Of a stretch of DNA of 64,000 bases, positions 51,543 through 64,000 are shown piece after piece. The notes beneath the pieces are model-generated. The model had not been told where the DNA came from and made no database searches. It was given only the letters and a program-made list of their open reading frames with translations. Made by a program: the position numbers and the translations under genes. The stretch lies in assembly GCA_051362555.1 (NCBI GenBank), contig CM120644.1, positions 9,370,954 to 9,434,953 of the forward strand. Reading direction: 5' to 3'. The stretch's first letter is position 1. The number at the start of each line of letters is the position of its first letter. Origin of the DNA: Lingula anatina (lineage: Eukaryota; Animalia; Brachiopoda).

Positions 51543-52167
51543 TCATTTTCCCACTAAGTTCACAAAAGCTTCCTCAAGTCTGAGCACCTCAGCATGTAAA
51601 TAATGTAAACCAGGCACTTGGATACCTTCACGGTCTACTGAGGTGGATAAACTGCTGCTGTCTAAGACTGCAGACACTATTGCTGGTTTTAATTTGTCTT
51701 TTTTATGTCTACAATCACAGGTGCTGCTGCTACTCCTTTTTTGGTCCCTGCAGCAGCAGGAATTTTGTCTGGTGTCACAATCACAAGATTGACAGTGTAT
51801 GTTAATTTCATTTTCTTCCTCGAGATTATTCACAATATCCGTCTGAAGTGGCTCTTTTCGAGAGCTTCCAGTGTTTTCAGAAGTAACTTTGTGTTTTATC
51901 TCAAAATCAGTATTGTCACCCACAGTTCTCATTTCTTCAGCAATAACTAACTCAGTTTCTTTGGGGTGTGTCTCTGTTATAATATCTCCCTCATGCCCAC
52001 CAGACTGTCTACAACCAGCTGAAGTAAGTGTTCTAAGATTTTCTTTGACTTCTCTCTCTAGTTCTGTGACTTCCTCAAGTAAACACCTAGCAGCAGACAT
52101 CCTCTCTGCATCCTGACTGTGTGGGGGTTCCTCCCCTCCCTGTAGCATGGTGTATGAAATCAGTGCA
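51543..52167 (-). CDS. YAE1: YAE1 homologue, terminal coding exon
   Basis: Acceptor tttttcag, phase 2, reads (C)ALISYTMLQGG...AFVNLVGK*; contains the 201-aa ORF from the track. Confidence 0.85.
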
Positions 52168-53012
52168 CTGAAAAATTAGAAACCGTGGCATCATGTTATA
52201 AGAAAGATATAACATCAATTAATAACCAAAAAGTAACTTAATATGTAACATAAGTTATATGTGTCACCTGCATCTTAAAAAATTAGAAGATATATCATTA
52301 AATAACAAACTAATGTTGTTCTGAATAAAATTATAATCTATATCATATGACATATGGTTCTGAAATAATTTTACATATAATTTTTTTTTAATTTATTGTC
52401 TGCTATGTAATCATGCAGATTCATACTGATATTTTACTTTTTAATATTAAAAGCTAATTAAGAACTGCATGAGTTGTAACCACAAACTAAATATTGTGCT
52501 TAAGGCTTGATTTATTACAGATAGAGACATAAAAATACAGATTTCCTCACTACAGGCACTAATGTATCAAATGCATTCTAGTATATTTCAAAGTCAAATA
52601 AGCATAATTTGCAAAACCAATTGCAAGCCTGCAGTGACACTCATTTCACCATTAGAGAGAAATGACACCTACTGCAATACATCAGATTGTTGCTTTATTT
52701 CTTGCTAAGTCCAGTCTGAGATTTTTTTCTCTTATGTGAAAATTGTCAATTCTTAGTGAGCCCAATGGTGTTAGACTACTGTAGGTCATCCATTGTCTTA
52801 TTCTCATACTTTGAAAAAATCAGAAATTTTCTCTACTTCAGTCTGTGCCAAGAACTCTATTGGACCTATAGGCCATAGCTGGCAGAGACAGTGCTCACTT
52901 TTGAATATATATAAAGTACAAAATTCCACTGGTACAGCTTCACTTTCACTGGCATTTGGCATGTGGCTGGTACTAATACAAACGTATAGAATGTGAAATA
53001 AATGGAACATAC

Positions 53013-53134
53013 CACAAAGATCCTCTTAACTTTGCTACTTGGAAAACCACGTCCACAGCATCCTCATACCCTTGGTTAAAACCACTCTGTAGCTGAGATT
53101 CTTTGCCTTCTTCTAACCCCTCACGATATCCATC
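53013..53134 (-). CDS. YAE1: YAE1 homologue, exon 2 (deca-GX3 / Yae1_N motif)
   Basis: DGYREGLEEGKESQLQSGFNQGYEDAVDVVFQVAKLRGSL, the GxxxG repeat of Yae1_N; canonical splice sites. Confidence 0.93.
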
Positions 53135-53564
53135 CTGAAAAACACAGTTTTCTGTTAAATTGACTTACCCTAGATGTCCATGCTTAACAATTTCAAATTG
53201 TCTTTTTCCAGTATTTTTGGCAAGCAAGCCTAGAAAACATTTTTCTATACTGTTACTTTAATCACACTGTGCTCTTAATTATATATATAATGTGAAATTC
53301 GTCATTATCAAGATTTGGTTTAGAATGATATTCAACAGTCTTCTAACATCTTTATCATTTTATGACATCGTATTGGATACTAAAGTTGTAAAGAGCTAAT
53401 CAAAACCCAAAGACAGCATCTTTGACTTTTGTGTCACAAGTATTATTTCCGAAAGACCCCATCACACCGCAGCGTCTGTTTAAAATGTTATTATCATATA
53501 ACAAATTTACATTAACAATTTGCGTTACATTGTACTGGCACAGCTGTAGTACAATTTTACCTAC

Positions 53565-53666
53565 TTTCACTCTGTTTCTGCGCAAATTCTGCCACTCTTT
53601 CTCGCTTAAAAGAATATCATCGGCATCTTCGTCAAATATGTCATCTATATGATTCGAATGAGCCAT
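53565..53666 (-). CDS. YAE1: YAE1 homologue, exon 1
   Basis: MAHSNHIDDIFDEDADDILLSEKEWQNLRRNRVK, compared with the recalled human DVFDEEADESLLAQREWQSNMQRRVK; phase-0 donor gtaggt. The spliced CDS is 849 nt (282 aa). Confidence 0.92.
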
Positions 53667-53699
53667 GATCGGACGAAAAGTCACCCTAAAACACTGGAA

Positions 53700-53830
53700 A
53701 ATATAGCAACCAGGTGGATTCAATACACATGGTTCGCGTAAAACGTATCCGCCATTTTGACAGCACCTGTGATCATGTGACCGGGCTTTGAGGTCATGTG
53801 ACCAGGGTGGGATATTTGATGAATGAAGTC
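53700..53830. promoter_or_regulatory. Probable bidirectional promoter with YY1 and tandem E-box motifs
   Basis: CCGCCATTTT at 53749-53758; TCATGTGAC at 53773 and 53794; CpG-enriched; lies between the YAE1 ATG and a + strand donor at 53888. Confidence 0.6.
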
Positions 53831-53888
53831 CGTTGTCGCTACACCTCGCTACAGCAACATTTTTATTTCACAAAGGAACGATCTGAAG
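53830..53888 (+). other. Putative first non-coding exon of an unidentified divergent gene (start approximate)
   Basis: Donor AAG|GTAAAT just downstream of the promoter motifs, followed by long intron-like sequence. Confidence 0.4.
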
Positions 53889-56572
53889 GTAAATAACACT
53901 TTATTTAGATAATTTCTCTCAAGGAAACTACGAATGATGCATAAATTAATATTTTTCCAACGTTGGCGTAAGTTTTTGAGAAGCAATTCACAGGTGGTGG
54001 CTTTCAAGTTTCAGGCAGCAGTTGTCAACTTCCGATCAACGACATAACTCGTCGTAAATTTCAGAGACATAATTAGGTCACCGCTTTAAATCCACTGTTC
54101 AGGACTAGGTTATTGTCATTTGTTAATTTAATTAACGAGTCAAAATATTCAATTAAAAATAGAATAACATTCTTTTAAAAATTAAGTTATATTTCCTAAA
54201 CTTAAATTAAAAAAATCCGTTAAAATTTTGGTTCATGCCTCGGTGATCCCCCCCCCCCTGCACTGACAGTACCTGGCTGTAGTGTTGCCACATCACATTT
54301 ACACTGTAGGTTTACTAGTGATATTCAAGTCAGATTTTTTTTAAGTCGGAGACTGACAGGTCTTGATCATACTATACATTATTGTATGGGTTTGTTGAGA
54401 AGAAGCTGTGCCTGAGACTGAAAGTTGTGGTTGATGGCTATTCGTGATCTTAGCATCAAGGCAGGCCTTCGTCGTGGCTGGAACAGAGATAGATGAACTT
54501 CACCTGATGTTACTCTGCCAAATAAATCACACCTACTCCTCCCACTTGTGAAGTTCCCATTTGTTTACTAGTGGTACTTTGACTGAGTGCTTTTAGGGTT
54601 TTCTTATTCTAAGGCTGTAAGCATACTGCTAGTAGTCTACTAGTACTAGTTAGTTATTTATAGAGTCACATTACCCCTCCCCCTTTTTCTCCAAAGCCCC
54701 ATAAACACCACAACCACATCCTTGGAATCACTATCATTGTAGTTAACATACCAAGAGTAAAGTATAAGTAAAGATTTATTGAGGTTTGTAATTCAGTCTG
54801 GAAATGAACATGACATTTAATTCCTTCTCCTTAATTTAAGCACGCACATAAATGTGTGTGCGCACGTGCACACACACACACACACACTACTACTACTACT
54901 TTTACTACTGTCTACCAGTATGTAAACTTATGAATTCTCAGCATTGATCATATCATAGTAGTATATGTGAGCCACCAGCCTGAAACAAGTTTGCTGCATA
55001 ATGTAGAAATGCTATTCTTTACCACCTCATTATGCTAGCTGTGCACCAGGTGTGGGCCGTGAATTGGACTGTCTTGTGGGACTGGAAAGTTAATGTTATA
55101 TGTACATGCAAGCTATTTAAGAGCCGGCCTATCTGTCACTCATTTAATAGACATAATTTTATCAGTTTTATGTCTGTTCTAGCCAGGGAGAAGAACATTT
55201 TAAGTTTTAGTCAAACCAGGGGTTCATTTGCAAATTTATACCATTACATTGCCATACTGAATAGCATTAAGATTTAAGTGTGTAAGCTTAAATTGTATCA
55301 TGATTGTCAAATGATTTATAACTGTTCTTGTTCACATCTGTCCATTGAAAGTCTTAATACTAGTATATATCTCATCCACACACTGCTGCTCTGTAAGCCA
55401 TGGTATTGGACAAAAATGAATGTGGACTACTAGTATTCTGTTTGTGGCAATTTACAGTACTGTACTTGTACTAGTATTCGGTTTGTATTCAATTTGGTTA
55501 TAACAGTAAATTAACATGAAAATAAAAGTTCTTTTTATCCCCTCCACACATACACATGCACTGGTACACATACAAGCACACTCACCAACATGCACACACA
55601 CATGCATACATGCACACACTCCTGCACATGCACACACACACACACACACTTTCATCCACACAAGCACACATGCATAGTATAGAATATATATTCCTCCCCA
55701 TCCCCATCCAAACAATAAATAAATGTAAAACCATTGATTGCTCACTGCAGAACTTACTTAAAGCACTAATTAACTTTAAACCAAGGCAAAGTCTATATAT
55801 CTTATGTTATTGTGTCTCATCATAGCAGCTGGCTTGTCTATTGCCTACTACAGCATGACTCATTCTGTGGCTGTGGAGTATATATGTTCAATCCTCATGA
55901 TTAATTAATATTAATTTGCAGTTGTCATTGGTGTAAATGAAAGCGGGTGTTTTACTATGATTTACTGCATAGTAATCACAGTTGTCCTGTGTCTATTTAT
56001 GTAAGATACTCTCCTACATGTATTCATATACTGTACTAGTAGTGGATTCATTTAGAACAAAATAAGAAAATAACAATATAAATAATATTAACAAAACATA
56101 ATAAAATTTAATAATATTTAGGGTAAATTGGACTTTAAAATAGGCAATATATATATATTCATTAATTTAAGATTGAATGGACTATATGGTGGATATTTGT
56201 TTTCAGTTATGTATGAGCATTTCAGCATCTGTTTCCTTTTTTTTTTTTTTTTTTTTTTTTTAATGGAGGTACATCCTGGTTTGTTCAAACATTAGTAGAC
56301 TATTTATTTGTTTCTATCAGTCTTAATGCCAAATGCAGCAGTCTTAGACATAAAAGGATATAAATAGTGAACTGAAAATAACTACAGACTTTATGCTCGG
56401 TCAAAAGAATTGTATAAGAATTTATAACTGTGACAGAGAACCAGACTTCACAGACTACATATAAGTACTAGTATGTGCAATTACTAGTACTAGTATGTGA
56501 TAACTGGTAACTTTTTGAATTCATGAATTAAAGGGTAATAGGGGACATGGTAGTTGTATTGAAACAGGACTG

Positions 56573-56701
56573 GGCCCTGTAACTCGTAATCATCGCGTAT
56601 TACGAATAGCAATATCCCATAGAGGCTACATTGTATTATATGGGGCGAGTATCGGCAAGTTATGGAATTGAGACGCTTGCGCTCGGTCGAGTTACAGGGC
56701 C
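56573..56701 (-). mobile_element. Harbinger-like MITE family B, copy 2
   Basis: Perfect TIRs GGCCCTGTAACTCG and CGAGTTACAGGGCC with a CTG TSD. Confidence 0.88.
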
Positions 56702-59700
56702 CTGGTGTTAATTATTGTGATAGTGGTCAATAGGTGTCTCCAAGTTAGAGTTTCAAGCTCATGAAAGTACAGTAGAAGAAAGAAAATGAAAGAAGATGAA
56801 AGAAGCATCATCTTCTCAATTACGCACTTGTTAGGCTTCTTTCAGTTAACTAGTATTCAAGGAGACGTGACTTCTAAATATGGACATATATGTGCAAGCA
56901 GATGGAAATTATACACAACTGAATATAGAGGTATGCACAGTAAAAATTACCCCAGTTGTGTTGTTACAGATTGTCCTTTGTCAACATTACATTCCTTGCT
57001 AACTTGCACAATAGTGGCCATCATTCACAAAACTGCCCTACATTGTTGCACTATCAACCAGGCAAAATTTCAATTGTCCACAGCGTATAGAAAACTTGCA
57101 TAGAGCATAAACCAAGATCAGCAGAAAGATAAAGTGGTAAATAAAGGTGATATCAGCTTAGGAGCAATGCTGTATGGGTTGGTGAAGTATTGATAGTTGT
57201 TAAATAGAGCACCGCGTGAAGTGAATCGCCCAGTTCACAGAAAGATATTTATAGCTCAGAACTGGTTATCGTTGGAAAGAATGGTAAGATAAATCAATTC
57301 TTCGTATTCTGTCGACGCTTAAGTATCTATTGCAAGGGTCTGTGTGGGTATAGATATTTGAAGGCATTCTTTATCAGGTAGAGGTGTGAATGTTTTTTAT
57401 TTAGGACCTGGTTTAAAGTAGGTACAAGGGAGGAGTTTTTTGGTGACAGTTTGGTCCACCTTATTGACAACCTGGACTGACCAGTCATGCCTTGGACAAG
57501 GAGCAGAGGAAGCAGTTGACCACTAGCCAGTGCTTTGCCAAATTCGCCAAGTATGGGCCATTTATTTTAAGGTTTTTAAAAGACCCACCTATCCACTCCC
57601 AATGCAGGGAGGAGGGTGTGTCTGCACCTCTATGGTGTATTTATTTCAAGAAACCGTTTAAAAGAATGGTCAGATATTTCTAAGAAATATTATCCTAAAT
57701 TCTGTATGATTGTGTGGCATGTCTTCAGAATTATAATATATATTTACACGATGATGCTGACTTAGATGTTGTCAAAGGGGATTGTTAGATTTAAATGAAA
57801 AAGAAACTTCAATTTATCTGTTTGAAGAAGCAAAATGGAAGAGAAAAGGGATGGAGGTTAAAAAGTGTGTCAAAGTGGAGAATGTGTCTAAGACCTGGTG
57901 TTGGTAAAAGTTTTAACTCCATCAGTTTATTTACTGTATGTACATGAACCAGTGGAGAAGTCTGCCAAGTTTGCAGTCTAGAGTCTACAGCTGTGACGGT
58001 GGTGTCAGGTGTGTTTCCAGGGGCGCGTTTCCACAAAATAAATAAACCTCAAGACAGAAGTGAAAGATGGTCTTATCTTTAACACTAACATTTTTGCCTA
58101 CATGTACCTAAGATGAATATACAGCCATCTATTAGATTATTATAAATAACTGCACTATTTATAGCAAGGACAAAATGGCTTGTGTTTTCTAAAAGCAGGC
58201 AGTATTTATTTTACTTTAATGAACTGCCATGGATTTTTCTGATTCGTAATAGAAAAAAAATCCACTGTTCAAGTTTAGACTGGCTTAAAACCTAAAGTCA
58301 TTTCATGAAGCCTATTCCAGACAATTTTAGGCGTGTGACCTAGGTGACATTGTGCAGTCACGTAGATAGCATGCAATTTGCCCATGGATCAGTTATGCAG
58401 TATGATATGATGGGAATTGCGTTAATTATTTATTTACAGTTTGTATTTCACACAGGCATGCCAAAATAAGCAAACGCCCTTTTTTCTTCCCATGTGCCTT
58501 ACTCCAATCCAGGGATCAGTTTCTGTGGATTTTTTACTGTAGATACAATTTCTAACTCTCAATAAAAATGACTGTGTCAGTAGACCAGAAGTGAGAGTAT
58601 GTTAGTAAGAAATTGAAGAGAATAAAGGATTCTGTATTCAGTGTACATGTGCCTCCTCTTCAGTTAAAGCCGGAAACTGCATATATGCGGTGCATGTGAT
58701 AGGTATTCCCCTTCAAGTTCATTTTGTTGAATGAAGTCTCTGCGCACAGAGAAACTTCTCAGCTTAGTAAATTTAACCACAACAGAAATTGAAGTAGCCA
58801 GTCAATATTTGCTGCCTACTGTATGAATAAACATCAGTTCGGTAGCTCCCTTACGGAGTAGTCTCCAACTGCCATTGATCATGCTTTTATGTTAGATGTT
58901 GTGTGTTAACCTTTAATTGGATTTATTGATTTGATTTACTTATTGCTTTTGTTGTTTCCTCTTTGTTATTTATTGTCTCTACAGGGTCAATTGATATACG
59001 CCTCTGATCCCTTTGTTCCCAGGTTTCTGAAGTAACATTTGTTGTGTGCTTGGGGATATCTCTAATTAAGAAAAGTCTCATTTATAAATTGTCTTAATTA
59101 GCTTTTGGAAGTCTGCATCAGACTGTAGGAAGTCAAGGTTGTAAAGGGGTTACTATTGTGATAATGGCAGACAATTACTATTTCTATAAATAGGAAATAT
59201 GTACATTTTATCAGAGTTAGTGCCTGGATGTTATTTACAACTCATTGGTGTGTCAGATACATTTGCAGTCAATGGCCACATTCATACTAACTAGTTGATC
59301 TGCAGATAAATTTTGGTTAAAATGCAGCCAATTATCTACTAAGAAATGTCAGCTCTCTTTAATGTCAGTATTAGCTATAGTAATGTGGTAGTACCAGTAA
59401 GAGAGCAATCAGAATGTTTGCTTCTGTGGTGCAACAAACGGTCTTAATAGGGCGCATTCAGAGAAAGTTGATCTGTAAGACTGTGGATCAACTTTGGTTG
59501 TGAATGCGGCCATAGACTCACTCCCATTGTGGAGCTACCCCATATACATAAAACCCTTGGAGGTAAAATTAATCTAAAAACCAAAAGTTGAAACAAAGGT
59601 GAAAATATAAGTTTAATGAGTTTTAGGGGTGTTGGCATTCACCCTGTACAGTGCAAAGTGTGATTTAATGTTTTAATTTGCTATGACTGGTATTGTAAAG

Positions 59701-59944
59701 GTCGGTGTTCTGCAGAAGAACTGCATGTTAACTACCACACCACCTGTTTGCCCTGTTTAGAAAAGCACCTTAAATGTGGTAGTTTCTTGTAATTAGCAAT
59801 TAAGGAAACAAACGTGCCTTAAATTTGGGATTGAAAATAATTACAAGTACAAGTAATTACAAGTCTTTTCACTATAGCCTATAGGGGTGGACATTTTAAG
59901 TTTGAGATGTTTTGAATTACTGTAAGTGCACACAAAAGCACTGA

Positions 59945-59946
<2 letters not shown>

Positions 59947-59984
<38 letters not shown>
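59947..59984. repeat. (CT)n microsatellite
   Basis: Perfect CT run. Confidence 0.95.
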
Positions 59985-59987
<3 letters not shown>

Positions 59988-60437
59988 TTAGCTAACATAT
60001 GATAATTCCCATATTTCACTCATCCCATAATTGCAGGTATATCTATAGATGTAAATGATAGTAGTTACCCTTCCTTGTCTGAAAAGTCATTATAAATGTC
60101 CTGAGTCCACATTACATGTGATAAGAACTTAATGAAAGGGCATGTGATGTTAATACAAATCATGAGACATTTAAGGAAAATGTACATAATATTATAAAGT
60201 ACTTAGTGTATTTTCTCCCATTTGTATGCACTTGGTTAAATGCCATTACGGTTATAGCATTGCTAGAATACTAAGATGAAATTAAATGGTAAAAAATACA
60301 TTTCAGTCATGATATGAACCAATTGTTGTTCACTTATATTTGGTTGACATATATATATATATATATATATATAAAACTACTTCAGAATTCTTATCAAAAA
60401 AAAGTATAACTTCCATATATTTCTTTTCTAATTTCAG

Positions 60438-60472
60438 ATATTATCCTAGAACTGGTTTTCATTCGAAGAAAG
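60438..60472 (+). other. Putative 35-nt exon of the divergent gene
   Basis: Acceptor ttcttttctaatttcag and consensus donor AAG|GTGAGT. Confidence 0.45.
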
Positions 60473-61427
60473 GTGAGTTAGATGTATATATAAATTTCCA
60501 GTTTGTTTTATGAATAAAACAAAGTGACGTGCCATCTAAGGAAAACTACTGCTTTTTCACTCTGTACACTCTTTCTAGTTCACCTTCTTGAGCTACTCCC
60601 CCCCCCCCATCACCACCACCACCACCCACCCCAGAAAAAAAATAAACTAAACTACATTCGAATAGCAGTTGTCCCATTTAGTTTGTCAGCCTAGGAGCCT
60701 TTTAGAATGGGAAGTAGATGAATAGTCTAATAAATAAACTTTTTATGTTGAATTCTATTTTGGTTCCTGAAATTAATATAAAAAAGATACCTTTTTTATA
60801 GTAATGGTATTTCAGAGTCAGTATATCAGATTTTGCTTTTGTCTTGGTATACAGTATAGAATAGTAATATACTGAATGCTCATATCATCTTCACAGTATC
60901 CTTATTCAATAACTTGCATGCGACATGATTATTGCATTCCACAGATTATGCCAAATTATGTCTGCCTTTAATATGCCTGAGGCTCATTTTTCTATGACTC
61001 ATAGCTAATACTTGTAAGGTGCATTTATATTTAAATTGGACTGGCTTAAACTTATTTGTATTATCTCAGTCTTTTAAACAGATGTATGTGTTAAGGTTTT
61101 CCTTCTTTTGGCCCACCTACTACTGTAAAGGTAAGACTTGCTTGAGATTTGATTCCTGTGGTTGGAAGATATATTCATGCAGTTTGTCAAGAAAGGATAT
61201 ACTTAGTTGGTCAAAACTTGACTGGAAACACAGCCATCCAGTGGTCCAGTAGCCACAGGGGATAGTTTTTGCCCAGCCTGTTTTAAGTAAACTTTGACTG
61301 TCATTGCTTGGAGCAGAGATACCCAGTTTCCAGTGTTGAATCCAGGTAGTCTAGAGTATACCTTGTATCTGAAGCTAAAGCATCAGTCAACTTTGCCCCA
61401 GCCTTTTTTTCTTCTCCTTTCTTTCAG

Positions 61428-61469
61428 GACTGCAGTTTACAAACTTTAAGGCTGAACCATGTGGTGCAG
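61428..61469 (+). other. Putative 42-nt exon of the divergent gene, possibly containing an ATG
   Basis: Very long polypyrimidine acceptor, donor CAG|GTATTT, and ACCATG at 61456-61461. Confidence 0.35.
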
Positions 61470-64000
61470 GTATTTTTTAATAGGAAAACATTTGTGATGA
61501 GGAATATTTTACAATTTCTTGCAACTTGGACTAAAAGATTCCATCTCTATCTGTTCAAGGCCACCTACATATAGCTTAAAACCCATCCTTGAGGCAAAGA
61601 TACATCCATATCTTGTGATAACTTCAGGAAGGAATTGGACATTAAAAAGAGCCCCACCCCTTGTTGTGACTGTGCTGCTCTCCACCTGAGAAACAAGCGC
61701 ACTTACAGTTCCCCTGGCCAAGTTGGTTTTAATTGGAAACTTGTTTTGCCCTAATCTATTTATCTATTTTTTTTATTTGTAATTACTTATATTACTGTAT
61801 AAAATATCATTTGTTTACTTGATGTTTTATTACCTTAGCCAAGGTGGTTACTGGTATGTTTTTGTTTTTATTGGTTAGTTCATAGGGGTTCAGAACTCCA
61901 TTATAAAAACATTTAAACCAAAATGACGGCAAGGGATTGTAGTCTGTACACTCGTGGTCAACTATGCCAATTTTCATGATAAAATCTTGTTCAGGGATGA
62001 TGTTATGCTCTATAACGATTGCTATCTCACCTCGGAATAGAAAGGTGTAAAATTGATGATTAAAGCTTTGAGTTGCCTATGCTTTTAAAACAGTGTAACG
62101 ATACATAAAAATGTCGCTATTTTTGAAGGGATCTTTATTGTTTTTAATTACCACAAAGATGGATGCATTATTGAGTAATTACTTGCAGGAAAAACATGAT
62201 TTTTGGTATCTGGACGATAATAAGGGCTTTCAATGCCTTTAAAAAGATGGATGCCAGATTGCTGTCACCATTGTTGTTGTTATGGTTGCATTAGACATGA
62301 TACCTCTTCAGACCCCATATCCTTATGACACCTGTCACACCTAACGTATCATCTCTTGCTGGCAGAGTCAGGCTATACCTGGGTAGAAGATAATACCTTC
62401 TTGTCTTGGTTAAAAGTTAGAAGGCTAAGTTTGCATGTGCTGACCCCAAATAATAAGCATGGTTACATCATACGTATTTGTCATGGCTTAAGATAACAGC
62501 ATACCAGATGGGTTCACCTGTAAATAGTAAGGAAGGGTGCAAGTCCAACACTCCCCTATCAGCAAACCTTCGGGTTTCTTGCCATTTTACAATTCCTTCA
62601 GCACTTCACTCACCAAGTTTGGCTTGTCCTTTCTTTCTTACATTCTGTTCAGGCAGCTAGGTCTGTTAAGCAGGGTTCTTTTTCTGAAAAAGTAAATCTC
62701 CCCCACTTCCCCCCCCCCCCCTCCTTGGTTGTCCCAATTTGAGAAAAGGCAAAAACCAAGGTCTAATTTTGATTCAGAGTGGACCCTTTCAGACCCCCCT
62801 TGCGTATTTTCCCATGTTCCAGATTTGTCTCTTGGCAAAAAAAAAAAGAAAAGAAAGAAAGAAAAGCAGATCATACTAGTGCGTGGATATCAACATTTCA
62901 AAACCAACATGCATGCATAGCATGATTACCACCCTGGAGCAAACACAAAGCTATGTGTTGTCTGGAGAAATGTTGCGTGTTGTGACTTCTCTCTTATTAG
63001 ACAGCTAGCTCCATAGCATGCTTTCTTGATGGGAGATATTGACAGTCTACTCTCTGTCTTGATGACATTTTTTCCTGTATTCTAAAGTTACTAATAGCTG
63101 CAGTGTTGATAGATGGTGGAAGACTCCAGTAGGTGTAATAGCCAAATGGATTGTAAACAGTTTTACGTCTTTCATAGAAGATTCTTTTAGTTTGTAAGGA
63201 ATTCATGAAGGTTTGCGTAAACAGCATTTTATTTGTTATCTTTTTTTTTTTTTTTTTTTCAGTGGCCCATTTCCTATAAGGACTTAGTAGTACCTGTAAT
63301 AGCTTAAGTGTTGAGATTGGATTGTATGGCATTGTTTTCTAGTTTCTCTTGTTTTCTAATGTGTTTTTTTGGTTATTGTCCATGTTCCCTGGTTATGCGT
63401 CATAACTGAAATGAAGGTCCCTTTTATCCCTATATAAAGTTCCTGTAGTATTTTTATGCACCATGCAGTCTATAAAAGTTAAAGGTTCTCTGCGATGTTA
63501 TGCAGTGAATTTTTTATAATGGACAACTTGGTTTGATACAGAAAACAGAACTTTCATGCTGGTGCTGTGGATTATGCTTTGTCACTTTACATCGAGCACT
63601 GCTTCCTCATCACAAAAGTTTTACATGGAAGTTTTTTTTATTTTTATTTTTTTTTTTTATTTTTTTTTTTTTATTAATTTATATATTTATTTTTGTTACA
63701 TACTGTTCATTTTACCACCATGAAGTACTCGATTTGATCCCAAGTCATTTCTGAACGTGTAAACTTTCCTTTATGCTCTGCTTGCATGTCAGGCATTGTA
63801 TAATAGCTGCTCCGACTGCACATGGCATATTTAATTGATCATGTGAACTTAAAGGGCTTCTCACATGCCTACAGACTCTGTGAAGCGAACATCCCACCTG
63901 TGACACCCGAGAGAAATACCTATGACAGAAGTCATAGAAATACCTGTGTGAGGAATCTGTTCACCTGGTGAAACTATATGCTGGAGTTTATATATATGGT

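Noticed and set aside
53561-53564. Alternative donor 4 nt downstream in YAE1 intron 1 (GTAG|GTAAAA)
   Set aside because: It would frameshift exon 2, and there is no evidence of use without transcript data.
53667-53723. N-terminal extension of YAE1 given by the ORF track
   Set aside because: The track starts at a TTG; similarity to YAE1 begins after the ATG at 53666.
61826-62260. TTATTACCTTAGCCAAGGTGGTTA head resembling the nested HINE
   Set aside because: No matching 3' inverted repeat or hairpin was found, so boundaries cannot be supported.
62670-62860. CAGGGTTCTTTTTC start resembling a hAT-type MITE
   Set aside because: No matching right TIR is visible.

Overview
This is AT-rich, intron-rich animal genomic DNA; the repeat types suggest a marine invertebrate, probably a mollusc or other lophotrochozoan (inference). 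Three host genes are recognisable: the last two coding exons of PTTG1IP (+), a complete four-exon TMEM198 (+, about 375 aa) whose 5' UTR may start about 39 kb upstream, and a complete three-exon YAE1 (-, about 282 aa). YAE1 appears to share a short bidirectional promoter with an unidentified + strand gene that runs out of the window. The region 5-43 kb is rich in DNA transposons. It holds an internally deleted ISL2EU-type (PIF/Harbinger-related) element with convergent, spliced THAP-transposase and SAP/YqaJ-exonuclease pseudogenes and inward-facing CTCF-like motifs at both ends. It also holds two large Helentron/HINE-like non-autonomous elements carrying satellite arrays (about 161 bp and 146 bp units, the latter packed with nuclear-receptor half-sites), plus a small HINE nested in one of them. 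Across the whole window there are four families of 3-bp-TSD MITEs and two TIR elements with 5-bp target duplications. No rRNA, full tRNA or CRISPR array is supported. Gene identities come from recalled protein motifs and hand-checked splice phases, not from database searches.
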